Position numbers and translations under genes: made by a program. From positions 131,101 through 195,100 of the forward strand of contig JAWKRB010000006.1 of assembly GCA_041389885.1 (NCBI GenBank): DNA of 64,000 nt. The letters run 5' to 3'. Shown here piece by piece: positions 27,815-38,057 of this stretch (the first letter of the stretch is position 1; each line of letters starts with the position of its first letter). This stretch comes from Polyangiales bacterium (GTDB lineage: Bacteria > Myxococcota_A > Polyangia > Polyangiales > Ga0077539). Under the pieces are notes generated by a model, which did no database searches, was not told where the DNA came from, and worked only from the letters and a program-made list of their open reading frames with translations.

Positions 27815-30564
27815 CGAGCCACGTCCCGCCGTCCCCGCCGCCGGCGACGCGCCGCGAGCGCCGCCAGCGCGAGCGCGAGCGGGGGGCGTGAGCGCGCAGA
27901 ACCCGCTGCGCGGCAGCCGCATCCGTCCTTCGCCGGCGTCGCGGGGGCGGCGGACGCGTCGGCGCCGAGGCCGGCGTCCATGCCCGTGCCCGGGGGAGGG
28001 ATCCTGGCGTCGGGGAGCGCGCGCTGCGAGGCGTCGAAGCGCGCCGGGTCGCTCATGGCCATGGCCGAGAGGTAGAAGAGCGTCGCCTCCCAGAGGTGCG
28101 GGATCGACACCCGGTTCTCCAGCCGCGTCGAGCGCCCGGACGAGTCGCGCACGTGCACGAAGACCTCGCCCATGGCGAAGGTCGTCGGGTCCATCACGTC
28201 GCGCGAGATGCGCACCATGACCTCGTCGAGCATCGGCGCGAGCGAGGGGTCGCCCCCCGCGGCGAGGAAGGCCGCCGCCGAGGCCGTGGTCTTGGTGAGG
28301 TACGCGCCGCCCTCGATGCCGTCGTCGCCCCGCAGGATGCGCAGCGTCTGCTCCAGGTCGCGCCGCACCTGCGCCACCACCCTGGGATCGCTCACCGGGA
28401 GCATCCGCGCGGGCCACACCAGCCACGCCGTCGCGCCCAGCGGCGAGGAGCCCGGGTTCGTGCTCGCCGCGCCCATCGCCTCGCTCACGAAGCGGCCGTT
28501 GGCGCCGTCGTAGAACGCGCGCAGCGAGGCGTCGCGAAGCTCGCCCGCGCGCCGCGCCCAGCGGTCGGCGTCGTCGTCGCGCCCGAGCAGCCGCGCCATG
28601 CGCGCCGAGGCCTCGAGGCCGGCGTACACCGTCACCGCGCCGTGCAGCGTCACGGTGAACGCCGCGTTGTCGTCCTCGTTCGCCGGCGCGTGGAGCCCGG
28701 TGGCCTCGTCGCGCCACTCCGCGATGAGGTCGGCGCTGCGACGGACCTGCGGGTACCAGCGCTCGGCGACGGCGCGGCGCTCGCCCTCGGGCATGAACGC
28801 CAGGTGCACCGCCGCCGACCAGATCATCAGCGCGGTGTTGTCGATCTCGAAGCGAAAGAACCCGCCCATCTCCCCGGTGTTGTAATAGTTCATCTCCCAC
28901 GCGGCCTCGGGGTACTGCCGGGCGCCGTTGCGCGGGTCGATGGGCGGCAGCGGGTCGGTGAGGGGGTTGATCTGCGTGCGCGACAAGGGCTCCTGACGCG
29001 CGAGGGGCAGCGCCCAGTCGAGGCGGCGGGTGACGTTGGCCTGCAGCCCGGCGACGTCCAGCGCGTAGTCGAAGAAGGCGCCGTCGCGGGGCCAGTCGAG
29101 CCCGTAGGGCGCCTGCCGCGCGATGGACGCGACGATCATCCCCGTCGCCCGGTCGCTGCCCGCGAGCATGTGCTGAATCGCCCGACGCGACGCCGCCACG
29201 ATGCGCGCCCGGTCGGCCTCGGGGATGCGCGCCGGGAGGTTCGTGGGCAGCGCGAAGACCCGCCCCTGCCACGCCTGGGACGAGGCCTGGAGGGCCGCCG
29301 CGGCGCTCTGCGCGCGGGCCTCGCGAAACGCGCCGAGGGCGCTCGCGTGGGTCGCGCCGAAGGCGATGAGCAGGCGCTCAGATCCCTCTCCCGAGGGGCT
29401 CAGCGCCACCGGCGCGCGCAGGGCGGCGTCGCTCAGCCAGGCCGCGACGGGGTTGCCGTCGAGGGCGCCGTCCTGCGCGCCGCGCCAGGCTGACTCGGCG
29501 CCGCGCACCCAGCCCCGCGCCCCCGCGACGGCCCCCGGACGGAGCTCGGCGGTGCACCGAAACGCTTGCGCCGCAGTGGGATCGATCCCCAGGGGGACGC
29601 CCGCGTCGCGCAGCCCGAGGATGTTGTCGACCATGCCGTCGAGCTCGTCGCAGAAGGCGGCGTCTTCGCGCCCGGCCTGAAAGGAGCCGACGCCGTCGTT
29701 GCCGAACACCGCGAAGGCGCCGCCGCCGGGGTGCGCCGCGTCGAGGCCCCGCGCCGCCGCGGCGACGCGGTCGGAGACGTCGCCCGCGTCGCGGAGGATG
29801 GCGTCGAGGCCGCCGAAGAAGTCCGCGGGGAGGGCGGCGGGGCCGATGAGCCCGCCGAGGTCGCGGATGGGCGCGCGGTCGGCGGGGCGGTACTGCACGA
29901 AGGCGTTGGCGTCGCGGTCCCAGAGCAGCGCGAAGTCGTTGCGGCCGTCGGCGACGACGTCGCCCATGGGGATTCGCGGCACGACGTTCTGCGTGAGCCC
30001 GAGGTTCACGTGGCTCATGAGCGCGACCTCGGTGACGGGGCTCGCGCCGTCGCGCTGCACGCGCACCTGCCGCTCGAGCACGTCGCGCTCGGGGAGCACC
30101 ACGTCGGTGACGGTGACGGTGACCCCGAGGGCGCGGTGGCGGTACGTGAACGTGGGGTGCAGCCCCTGCTCGTCGAGGTACCTCGACGAGATCTCCCAGG
30201 CGGCCTCGTCGTGGAGCCAGGCGACGCGCTCCCCGTCGGGCGTTCGCAGCGCGAGCCCGAGCGCGACGCCGAAGCCGTCCCGCACCCCGGTGCGCGGCTG
30301 GCTCCTGGCGTCGAGGGCGTTGCTCGCGAGGAAGGTGAGCTGGTCGCAGCACGAGGGCGAGGGCCAGGTGAGCACGGCGACGTCACCCTCGCGGGTCACC
30401 CCGAGGCTCACCCTCCCGTGCCCGGCGACCATGTGAATCGGCGAGGCGCCGAGGGCGTGCTCGACCGCGCTGATCGGCACGGGGCGTGGCTGCGCCGTGG
30501 CCGGGGCGGCGCGCAGGGCGAGGGCGGCGAGGACCGAGGCGAGGGTGCGCTTCACGGCCTCCAT
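27811..30564 (-). CDS. secreted six-hairpin glycosidase-like protein (GH15 / glucoamylase-related) with a MYXO-CTERM-type C-terminal sorting tail
   Basis: Signal peptide MEAVKRTLASVLAALALRAAPATA|QP. Central (alpha/alpha)6-like region with a HLWEATLFY block resembling the GH15 LWEE motif. The C-terminus GCGCRAAG...LALALAALAARRRRRGRR has a Cys motif, a hydrophobic stretch and an Arg cluster. Confidence 0.6.
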   Translation of the reverse strand: MEAVKRTLASVLAALALRAAPATAQPRPVPISAVEHALGASPIHMVAGHGRVSLGVTREGDVAVLTWPSPSCCDQLTFLASNALDARSQPRTGVRDGFGVALGLALRTPDGERVAWLHDEAAWEISSRYLDEQGLHPTFTYRHRALGVTVTVTDVVLPERDVLERQVRVQRDGASPVTEVALMSHVNLGLTQNVVPRIPMGDVVADGRNDFALLWDRDANAFVQYRPADRAPIRDLGGLIGPAALPADFFGGLDAILRDAGDVSDRVAAAARGLDAAHPGGGAFAVFGNDGVGSFQAGREDAAFCDELDGMVDNILGLRDAGVPLGIDPTAAQAFRCTAELRPGAVAGARGWVRGAESAWRGAQDGALDGNPVAAWLSDAALRAPVALSPSGEGSERLLIAFGATHASALGAFREARAQSAAAALQASSQAWQGRVFALPTNLPARIPEADRARIVAASRRAIQHMLAGSDRATGMIVASIARQAPYGLDWPRDGAFFDYALDVAGLQANVTRRLDWALPLARQEPLSRTQINPLTDPLPPIDPRNGARQYPEAAWEMNYYNTGEMGGFFRFEIDNTALMIWSAAVHLAFMPEGERRAVAERWYPQVRRSADLIAEWRDEATGLHAPANEDDNAAFTVTLHGAVTVYAGLEASARMARLLGRDDDADRWARRAGELRDASLRAFYDGANGRFVSEAMGAASTNPGSSPLGATAWLVWPARMLPVSDPRVVAQVRRDLEQTLRILRGDDGIEGGAYLTKTTASAAAFLAAGGDPSLAPMLDEVMVRISRDVMDPTTFAMGEVFVHVRDSSGRSTRLENRVSIPHLWEATLFYLSAMAMSDPARFDASQRALPDARIPPPGTGMDAGLGADASAAPATPAKDGCGCRAAGSARSRPPLALALAALAARRRRRGRRDVAR

Positions 30565-30645
30565 GGCTCTCACGGCAGCCCCCGCCACGACAAGCGCGCG
30601 GGGGCATGCGACCGCGGGCGCGGGCACGGCCATACTGACGAATCC

Positions 30646-32370
30646 ATGAACGAGGACCTCTCGCGACTTGATGCGCTCTCCCGCGGCTTTCGGGCGCGTT
30701 ACCTGCGGCACGCCGACCTCGACGCGCAGCTCCGCGCCTGGGCCGAGGCCTTCCCCCACCTCGTGCGGGTGCGAGAGATCGGGGTGAGCGGCGCGGGGCG
30801 GGCGATTCTCGCGGCCGAGATCGGCCCAGACCCTGACCGCGCGCGCCCGTCGGTGCTCGTCGACGCCAACATGCACGCCTCCGAGCTCGCCGGCAGCTCG
30901 GTCGCGCTCGCGATCGCCGAGGACGTGCTCCGGCTCCACCTCGACCCCTCGAGCGCGCCTGGAGGCATGAGCGCCACCGTCGCCGCGCGGGTGCGGGAGG
31001 TGCTGTTCCTGGTGATCCCGCGGATCTCGCCCGACGGCGCCGAGGAGGTGCTGACCACCGGGAGGTACCTGCGCTCTTCGCCCCGCGACGAGCGTCCCGC
31101 GCGGGCGCACGCGCGCTGGGTCTGCGGCGACGTCGACGGCGACGGCCTCGCGCTGGTCATGCGCCAAGAAGACTCGGGCGGAGAGTTCGTCGAGTGCGCG
31201 GAGTTCCCGGGGCTGCTGGTGCCGCGCACCCTCGACGACCCGCCCCCGTACTTCAGGATCTACCCCGAGGGCCACATCGAGAACTTCGACGGCAGCCGGG
31301 TGCCGTCGCCGCACTTCCTCTCTGACAACGCCGTCGATTTCAACCGGAATTTCCCGTGGTCCTGGGCGCCCGAACCGAGGCAGGCGGGCGCCGGGGCGTA
31401 CCCTGGCAGCGAGCCCGAGACCCGCGCGGTGATCGAGTTCGTGACGAAGCGTCCCGAGATCTTCGCGTGGCTCAACCTCCACACCTTCGGCGGTGTCTTC
31501 ATTCGCCCGCTGGGGCACAGCCCCGACAGCAAGCACGACCGCGAAGAGCTGGAGCTCTGGCGCCTCATCGGCTCGTGGTCCGAGGAGCTCACAGGCTACC
31601 CGATGGTGAGCGGCTTCGAGGAGTTCCTGTACGAGCCTGACCGACCGCTGCACGGCGACCTGATCGACTACGGGTATCACCAGCGCGGCGCGATCGCGTA
31701 CGTGTGCGAGCTCTGGGACCTCTTTCACCAGCTCGGGATCGCCCGCAAGAAGCCCTTCGTCGACCACTACAGCACCCTCAGCCGCGCCGACCTGCTCAGC
31801 CTCGCGCGGTGGGACCAGGCCCACAACGCCTCCCGCGTCGTGCGCCCCTGGCGCGCCGTCGAGCACCCGCAGCTCGGGAGGGTCGAGGTGGGCGGCCTTG
31901 ACCCCCGCGTGGGCATCTGGAACCCGCCCTACGATCACCTCGGAGAGGTCTGCGCGCGGCAGTCGGCCGCCTTCCTCCGCGTCGCTGCGCTCTCGCCCTC
32001 GCTGCGCCTTGAGGTGAGCTCCAAGCCCATGGGAGACAAGGGCTTCGAGCTCAAGGTGGCGCTCGTCAACGACGGGTACCTCTCCACCGCGGTGCTCCCG
32101 AGCGCCAGGGAGGTCCCGCACAACGAGCCCCCCTACCTCGACGTGACCGCCGAGGGGTGCGAGCTGCGCGGTCCGTCGAGGGTCGAGCTCGGTCACCTCG
32201 ACGGATGGGGCCGCGGGCTCCACGGCGCCGGCTCGATCTTCTTCCCCCGCAGCCGCGGGACCACCAACGCGCGCGAGGTGTCTCTCTTCGTCCACGGCCC
32301 GGGGCGGCTGACCCTCCGTGCGGGCTCGTGCCGCACGGGCTTCGTGACCCGCACGCTGGAGCTGACATGA
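30646..32370 (+). CDS. M14-family zinc metallocarboxypeptidase, cytoplasmic (no signal peptide)
   Basis: Zn ligands in DANMHASE (HxxE), and DFNRNF. C-terminal beta-rich domain. Start is inside track ORF 29566..32370. Confidence 0.75.
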   Translation: MNEDLSRLDALSRGFRARYLRHADLDAQLRAWAEAFPHLVRVREIGVSGAGRAILAAEIGPDPDRARPSVLVDANMHASELAGSSVALAIAEDVLRLHLDPSSAPGGMSATVAARVREVLFLVIPRISPDGAEEVLTTGRYLRSSPRDERPARAHARWVCGDVDGDGLALVMRQEDSGGEFVECAEFPGLLVPRTLDDPPPYFRIYPEGHIENFDGSRVPSPHFLSDNAVDFNRNFPWSWAPEPRQAGAGAYPGSEPETRAVIEFVTKRPEIFAWLNLHTFGGVFIRPLGHSPDSKHDREELELWRLIGSWSEELTGYPMVSGFEEFLYEPDRPLHGDLIDYGYHQRGAIAYVCELWDLFHQLGIARKKPFVDHYSTLSRADLLSLARWDQAHNASRVVRPWRAVEHPQLGRVEVGGLDPRVGIWNPPYDHLGEVCARQSAAFLRVAALSPSLRLEVSSKPMGDKGFELKVALVNDGYLSTAVLPSAREVPHNEPPYLDVTAEGCELRGPSRVELGHLDGWGRGLHGAGSIFFPRSRGTTNAREVSLFVHGPGRLTLRAGSCRTGFVTRTLELT

Positions 32371-33107
32371 ACCTCGAGCGCCGGAGCTTCGGCCCGATCG
32401 CGGGCCCTCCCTCGAAGCGCGTCACCGTGCTCGACGGCGAGCGCTTCGTGATGCGAGCGACGGTGTCGGCCGAAGACGCCGAGCGCACGGCGCGCCAGCG
32501 CATCCAGGAGGGGGTCCTCCGCCCCGCCGACAGCCACCGCGCGGAGATCGAAGCGGCGCGGCTGGTCTGGATCCCGCTCTGGCGCGTCGAGGTCGAGGTC
32601 GACGGGCTGCACCTCGGGCTGCGCGCGCTGCGCGACACGTCGGGCGCCGTGCGGGGCGTGCTGCCTACGGGGGGACCGGTGCACGACGCCGAGGTGGGCC
32701 TGGTGCTGGGGCGACGGCTGCTCCCGATCGATCCCTCGGGCCGCGTGCGCGTCGAGCCGCATGACCTGGTCCCCTGGGTGCACGGCGCCTCGAGCGAGGG
32801 CGAGTGGATCGACGCCGATGTCGCCCGCGACGAGGCCGAGCACGAGGTCGCGCGCGCCCTCCGCAAGCGAGCGGTCCCCTCGAAGGCGCTCTACTCCAAC
32901 CTCGAGGTGCGGGTGCGGAGCGCCGCCCTGGTGCACCTCCCCTGCTGGCTGCGTCGGTACCGCTACGAGGGCGACGCCTCGGGCTCGCGCGTCGAGGAGT
33001 GCCACGTCGCGATCCACGCCGGCACCGGCGAGGTCGTGAGCGAGCGCCACCCTCCCGCCTGGCGGGCGGTCGCGGGGCGGCTGCGGGGCCTGCTGCGACG
33101 GGGCTGA
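32367..33107 (+). CDS. hypothetical protein, translationally coupled to the M14 peptidase
   Basis: ATG overlaps the upstream stop (ATGA). No recognisable domain. Confidence 0.45.
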   Translation: MNLERRSFGPIAGPPSKRVTVLDGERFVMRATVSAEDAERTARQRIQEGVLRPADSHRAEIEAARLVWIPLWRVEVEVDGLHLGLRALRDTSGAVRGVLPTGGPVHDAEVGLVLGRRLLPIDPSGRVRVEPHDLVPWVHGASSEGEWIDADVARDEAEHEVARALRKRAVPSKALYSNLEVRVRSAALVHLPCWLRRYRYEGDASGSRVEECHVAIHAGTGEVVSERHPPAWRAVAGRLRGLLRRG

Positions 33108-33111
33108 GCGC

Positions 33112-33528
33112 TCAGCGAGGCGAGAGGCAGCGGCGGCGCATCGAGGGCAGCTGCAGCGTGGCGCTCGGGACCGCGAGGTCGGGGTGCAGCAGGGCCTCGA
33201 GCAGCCCGTCGAGGTCGATCGGCTTGGGCAGGAACCGCAGCCGCGGGATCTCCATGCGCTCCACCTGCCGGATCGGGAAGGGGAACGCGCTCATCAGCAC
33301 GATGGGCACGTCGGGGCAGCGCTCGAAGATCTCCCTCGCGAAGCTCAGGCCGTCGCCGCCGGGCATGAAGACATCGGAGAGCACGCAGTCGAAGCCCTTG
33401 CGGCCCATGACCTCACGCGCCTCGGGCGCGGTGCCGACGGCCTCGACCTCGAAGCCGTTGCGCTCAAGTACGCGGGTCAGGGTGACCCGCTCGTTCTCTT
33501 CGTCTTCGATCAACAGGAGCATCGGCAT
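33112..33528 (-). CDS. single-domain response regulator (CheY-like receiver)
   Basis: MPMLLLIEDEE...DCVLSDVFMPGGDG...IVLMSAF...KP receiver motifs. AAGGAGAGG ribosome-binding site 5 nt upstream of the ATG. Confidence 0.8.
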   Translation of the reverse strand: MPMLLLIEDEENERVTLTRVLERNGFEVEAVGTAPEAREVMGRKGFDCVLSDVFMPGGDGLSFAREIFERCPDVPIVLMSAFPFPIRQVERMEIPRLRFLPKPIDLDGLLEALLHPDLAVPSATLQLPSMRRRCLSPR

Positions 33529-33638
33529 TGCGCCTCTCCTTGGTGTCAAGTGAGCGACCGCGAGAATCGGTGAAGGTGGCGGGGCTCTATCACAAGAACC
33601 CCTGAAGTCTGCCACAGACTGCGGTGTCAGGCGCGAAT

Positions 33639-34514
33639 TCAGAGCGAGAGCCGCACACCCACGTCCAGCGACGCGTAGGCGTAGCCGGTCGCGCCCATGA
33701 CCCAGGCCGCCTCGAGGCCGAAGAGCAGGTTCGCCCACGAGGCCCCCGCTCGGCCCATGACCCCCGGCCGCAGGCTCACGGGGTCGAAGAGGCCGAAGAG
33801 ACCGATGTCGAGCCCCGTGCGAGCGCCGTTGGAGAAGGTCGAGGCGGTGCGGCTCACGCCGAGCATCACGGCGACCTGGAGCGATGGGGCCGCGCTCACG
33901 CCGTCGATGGGCGAGAACAGTCGGGCGCCGGTCAGCAGCCGCCAGGCGCCCTGATGGACGCCGCAGCGCTCGGAGCGAGCGAGCATCCAGCGCTCGAGGG
34001 CCTCGGGGTCGCTCGGCGCGGCCTCGCTCCAGGGCGCGGCGCGCACGGGTTCGTCGCCGCGCCAGTAGGTGCCGCGACGGCGAGAGAGGTCGACGCCGAC
34101 CAGGAGGTCGGAGGACAAGAAGACCCGGTCGCCCACGAGCCCCCGCACCTGCGCCTCGGCGTAGAAGGGCGAGAAGGTGCTCACTCCGGCGCTCAGCGCG
34201 ACGCTGGCCTGCGGCGCGCCTTCGGGCCCCACGGCGAAGCCCGCGGCGAGGCTGACCTGCAGCGGCCGTGGGGGCAGCCATCGCTCCATGACCCTCGCCA
34301 CCGCGGGGGAGGCCGAGCGCCCCAGCCGGAGGCAGGCCCCCACGTCGGCGTCGAGGCCCTGCGCGAGCGCGGGGGGGGCGGCGAGGAGGGTGAGCAGCGT
34401 CGGCGTCACGAGGCGCACGCGCAGGCCATAGACACACCGCGGCGCTGACGCAACGCGTCGCCGACGAAGCGCGGTCCTCGCGCCTCGAAGTTTGTCGCGG
34501 CCTGTACTAGACAC
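33639..34514 (-). CDS. hypothetical secreted protein, possibly an outer-membrane beta-barrel
   Basis: N-terminal signal-like TLLTLLAAPPALAQG. Alternating hydrophobic pattern and Gly/Ala-rich strands. The start codon is uncertain. Confidence 0.35.
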   Translation of the reverse strand: MSSTGRDKLRGARTALRRRRVASAPRCVYGLRVRLVTPTLLTLLAAPPALAQGLDADVGACLRLGRSASPAVARVMERWLPPRPLQVSLAAGFAVGPEGAPQASVALSAGVSTFSPFYAEAQVRGLVGDRVFLSSDLLVGVDLSRRRGTYWRGDEPVRAAPWSEAAPSDPEALERWMLARSERCGVHQGAWRLLTGARLFSPIDGVSAAPSLQVAVMLGVSRTASTFSNGARTGLDIGLFGLFDPVSLRPGVMGRAGASWANLLFGLEAAWVMGATGYAYASLDVGVRLSL

Positions 34515-34519
34515 GAGCG

Positions 34520-35488
34520 GTGACCACGCTGGAGTTCGAGCGCCCCATCAGCGAGCTAGACGCCCAGATCGCCCGGCTGAAGGCGGTGGTGCAGGGCGGC
34601 GGTCCTGACGAGGACGCCGAGGCCGAGCTCGCGCGTTTGGAGGACACCGCGAGGGCGCTGCGCGCCGAGATTTTTCGAGACCTCGGCGCGTGGGAGAAGG
34701 TGCAGCTCTCGCGGCACCCTGACCGCCCGTACACCCTCGACTACGTGGCCCGGCTCACCACGGAGTTCGTCGAGCTCCACGGCGACCGGCAGCACGGAGA
34801 CGACGCGGCGGTCGTCGGAGGGCTGTGCCGCTTTCGCGGCCGCCCGGTGGTGCTGCTCGGCCACCAGAAGGGCAGAGGGGTCAAGGACGCGGTCTTTCGC
34901 AACTTCGGCATGCCGCACCCGGAGGGCTACCGCAAGGCGCGGCGGCTGGTGGAGCTGGCGTCGCGCTTCGGCCGCCCGATCCTCACGCTCATCGACACGC
35001 CCGGAGCGTATCCGGGCCTCGGGGCCGAGGCGCGGGGGCAATCGGAGGCCATCGGGCAGTCGCTGCTGGCGCTCTCGCGGGCGGCGGTGCCGGTGGTGGC
35101 CGCGGTGATCGGCGAGGGGGGCTCGGGCGGCGCGCTCGCGCTGGGCGTGGCGAACCGGGTGATCATGCTCGAGCACGCGGTGTACTCGGTGATCACGCCG
35201 GAGGGGTGCGCGTCGATCCTCTGGAAAGACAGCGCGCGCGCCCCCGAGGCGGCGATGCGCCTGAAGCTCACGGCGCGGGAGCTCTACGCCTTCGGGGTGG
35301 TCGATGAGATCGTGCCTGAACCGTTGGGGGGGGCGCATCGCGATCCTGCTGGGGCGATCGACGCCCTGGGCGACGCCCTCGCGAGGCAGCTCGACGCCCT
35401 GCGAGGGCTCTCCCCCGAGGCCCTGGTCGACGACCGCTACCGGCGCTTTCGCGCCCTCGGCGAGGTCGTCGAGGCCGCGCGCGAGTGA
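34520..35488 (+). CDS. accA: acetyl-CoA carboxylase carboxyltransferase subunit alpha
   Basis: LDFEKPI-like start (LEFERPISELD). Crotonase-like motifs GRPVVLLGHQKGRG...TPGAYPGLGAEARGQSEAI...GEGGSGGALA. Confidence 0.9.
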   Translation: MTTLEFERPISELDAQIARLKAVVQGGGPDEDAEAELARLEDTARALRAEIFRDLGAWEKVQLSRHPDRPYTLDYVARLTTEFVELHGDRQHGDDAAVVGGLCRFRGRPVVLLGHQKGRGVKDAVFRNFGMPHPEGYRKARRLVELASRFGRPILTLIDTPGAYPGLGAEARGQSEAIGQSLLALSRAAVPVVAAVIGEGGSGGALALGVANRVIMLEHAVYSVITPEGCASILWKDSARAPEAAMRLKLTARELYAFGVVDEIVPEPLGGAHRDPAGAIDALGDALARQLDALRGLSPEALVDDRYRRFRALGEVVEAARE

Positions 35489-35584
35489 CCTCTCCGCGGG
35501 GGACGCGAAGGGCTGCGCGGTCGCGTCGGTGTGGGCCCGCGGTGCGGGTTCACCTCAACCTTTCACCTCCCCTGTGGCAAGGCC

Positions 35585-36091
35585 CTAGAGGTCGAGCAGG
35601 GGCAGCGAGGTGATGAAGTCGGTCTTGCCGAGCTTCACGCCGTTGTGACGAAGGATCGAGTACGCCGTCACGACGTGAAAGTAGAAGTTCGGCAGGGCCA
35701 GCTGCGTGGCGTACTCGGTCGCCAGGAGCCCCTTGCCCGGCATGAAATTCAGGGGGACCACGCGCGCCTCGGCGCCCGCGAAGTCGGCCTCGTCGAAGCT
35801 CTGGAGGTAGCTGATCACGGCGCGGATGCGGGCGCGCAGGGCCTGCCCGTCGGCCTCGGTGTCGGGGTGCACGGGGGCGTCACGGCCCGAGGCGCGCGCC
35901 GCGAGAAACTTCGCCGCGTCGCAGGCCGCCTGCACCTGGCGGGTGAAGTCGTACTGATCAGGCGCGAGCCTCGCGGTGAGGAACACCGACGGGTCGAAGG
36001 ACCGCTCTTCGGCGAACTGCGTCGCCTTGTCGAACCAACGATCCATCGACTCGAGCACACGAACGACCTGCTGCACGGCCTGAAAGAACAT
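35585..36091 (-). CDS. DUF1993-like four-helix-bundle protein, hypothetical
   Basis: Family-like N-terminus MFFQAVQQVVRVLESMDRWFDKA and a C-terminal NFYFHVVTAYSILRHNG block, weakly recalled. Confidence 0.4.
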   Translation of the reverse strand: MFFQAVQQVVRVLESMDRWFDKATQFAEERSFDPSVFLTARLAPDQYDFTRQVQAACDAAKFLAARASGRDAPVHPDTEADGQALRARIRAVISYLQSFDEADFAGAEARVVPLNFMPGKGLLATEYATQLALPNFYFHVVTAYSILRHNGVKLGKTDFITSLPLLDL

Positions 36092-36238
36092 CGAGACCTC
36101 CTGGGCGGCGGTCCCTAGCAGAGTTCACGACCGCGCGGGTGAGGCGGCAGGGCTTGACGGGAGCAACCCTTACCTTTACGTAAGAGTCCGTTCAGCCCAA
36201 CCCATACCCATGCGTAAGGGTTTGAGCCTACGGAGCAG

Positions 36239-36802
36239 GTGAGTATGTCAGTTCGTCTCCCCATCGCCCAGGAGGTCATCGGCCCGCCCCCGAGCACATC
36301 GGCGGACGCGTCGGCGGAGCTCTTGCGTGTGGGCGACCTGGCAACGCGCACCTCGAAGACCGTCCGCGCGCTGCACCTCTATGAAGAGCTGGGGCTGCTG
36401 CTCCCCGTCGACCGCTCCAAGGGGGGCTACCGGCTCTACGCGGCCGACGCGGTGCTCCGCGTGAAATGGATCTCCCGGCTGCAAGACCTCGGGTTCTCGC
36501 TGCCTGACATCCGGGCGATTCTGCACGCCTGGGAGGCCACGGCGAGCGCGTCGGAGGCCAACGCGCAGATCCGCGCGATCTACCAGCAGAAGCTCCGAGA
36601 CACCGACGAGCAGATCCGCCGCCTGCACGAGCTGCGGCACGAGCTCGACCGCTCCGTCGACTACCTCACCACCTGCAACGTGTGCGACCCCGAGCGGCTG
36701 ATCACGGCCTGCCCGAGCTGCGACCGCCACTGCGGCGACGCCGTGCCCGAAATGGTCGCGGGCCTCCACGGCGCGCGGCACCTCCACCCCGACACGACCT
36801 GA
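36239..36802 (+). CDS. MerR-family transcriptional regulator with a C-terminal Cys cluster (candidate Fe-S / redox sensor for the isc operon)
   Basis: MerR helix-turn-helix (LRVGDLATRTSKTVRALHLYEELGLL), coiled-coil dimerisation helix, and a C-terminal CNVCDPERLITACPSCDRHC (five Cys). Sits immediately upstream and co-directional with iscS. Confidence 0.75.
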   Translation: MSMSVRLPIAQEVIGPPPSTSADASAELLRVGDLATRTSKTVRALHLYEELGLLLPVDRSKGGYRLYAADAVLRVKWISRLQDLGFSLPDIRAILHAWEATASASEANAQIRAIYQQKLRDTDEQIRRLHELRHELDRSVDYLTTCNVCDPERLITACPSCDRHCGDAVPEMVAGLHGARHLHPDTT

Positions 36803-36811
36803 GAAGCAACC

Positions 36812-38041
36812 ATGGCCATCAAGCTCCCCGTGTACATGGACTACCACGCGACGACGCCGATGGACCCGCGCGTCCTCGACGCGATGCTCCCGTACTTCAC
36901 CGAGCGCTTCGGCAACGCCGCGTCGCGCTCGCACCGCTTCGGCTGGGAGGCCGACGAGGCCGTCGGGGTCGCCCGCGAGCAGGTCGCGCGGCTGCTCAAC
37001 GCCGACCGCCCCGAGGAGATCGTCTTCACCTCGGGCGCCACCGAGAGCGACAACCTCGCGATCAAGGGAGTGGCCGAGTTCTACCGCGACCGCGGCAACC
37101 ACATCATCACCACGCGCATCGAGCACAAGGCGGTGCTCGACACGTGCAAGCGCCTCGAGAAGCAGGGCTTCGAGGTCACCTACCTCGAGGTCTCCAAGGA
37201 CGGCGTCGTCGACCCCGACGACCTGCGCCGCGCCATCACCGACAAGACCATCCTCGCGTCGGTGATGCTCGCCAACAACGAGATCGGCAGCGTGCAGCCC
37301 ATCGCCGCCATCGGCGCGATCTGCAAGGAGCGCGGCGTGCTGCTGCACTGCGACGCCGTGCAGGGCGTCGGCAAGGTCCCCTTCGACGTGAAGGCCATGG
37401 GCGTCGACCTCGCGTCGGTGACCGCGCACAAGATGTACGGCCCGAAGGGCGTGGGCGCCCTCTACGTCCGCCGCTCCAAGCCCCGCGTGCGCCTCACCGC
37501 GCAGATGGACGGCGGCGGCCACGAGCGAGGCATGCGCTCAGGCACGCTCAACGTGCCCTCCATCGTGGGCTTCGGCCGCGCGGCGGAGATCGCCCGCCTC
37601 GAGGGGCGCGAGGAGTCGGCGCGCGTCGCGAAGATGCGCGACCGCCTGCGCGACAAGCTCTTCGCCGAGCTCGACGACCTCTTCATCAACGGCGCCTGGG
37701 GCGACGACGCGCGCCTGCCGGGCAACCTCAACGTGAGCTTCGCCTACGTCGAGGGCGAGGGCCTGATGATGGCGATCAAGGACGTGGCGGTGTCCTCTGG
37801 GAGCGCGTGCACCAGCGCCTCCCTCGAGCCCAGCTACGTGCTGCGCGCCGTGGGCGTCGACGAGGAGCTCGCGCACACCAGCATTCGCTTCGGCCTCGGG
37901 CGCTTCAACACCGACGAGGAGGTCGATTTCGTCGGCGACCTCGTCACCCAGAAGGTGAAGAAGCTCCGCGACCTGTCGCCGCTCTACGAGATGGCGAAGG
38001 CCGGCATCGACATCAAGAGCATCGAGTGGGTCGCGCACTGA
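36812..38041 (+). CDS. iscS: cysteine desulfurase IscS
   Basis: Class V aminotransferase; [14 protein letters not shown] (PLP lysine) and active-site loop [14 protein letters not shown]. Confidence 0.9.
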   Translation: MAIKLPVYMDYHATTPMDPRVLDAMLPYFTERFGNAASRSHRFGWEADEAVGVAREQVARLLNADRPEEIVFTSGATESDNLAIKGVAEFYRDRGNHIITTRIEHKAVLDTCKRLEKQGFEVTYLEVSKDGVVDPDDLRRAITDKTILASVMLANNEIGSVQPIAAIGAICKERGVLLHCDAVQGVGKVPFDVKAMGVDLASVTAHKMYGPKGVGALYVRRSKPRVRLTAQMDGGGHERGMRSGTLNVPSIVGFGRAAEIARLEGREESARVAKMRDRLRDKLFAELDDLFINGAWGDDARLPGNLNVSFAYVEGEGLMMAIKDVAVSSGSACTSASLEPSYVLRAVGVDEELAHTSIRFGLGRFNTDEEVDFVGDLVTQKVKKLRDLSPLYEMAKAGIDIKSIEWVAH

Positions 38042-38057
38042 GCGCGAGGGAGCAGTC

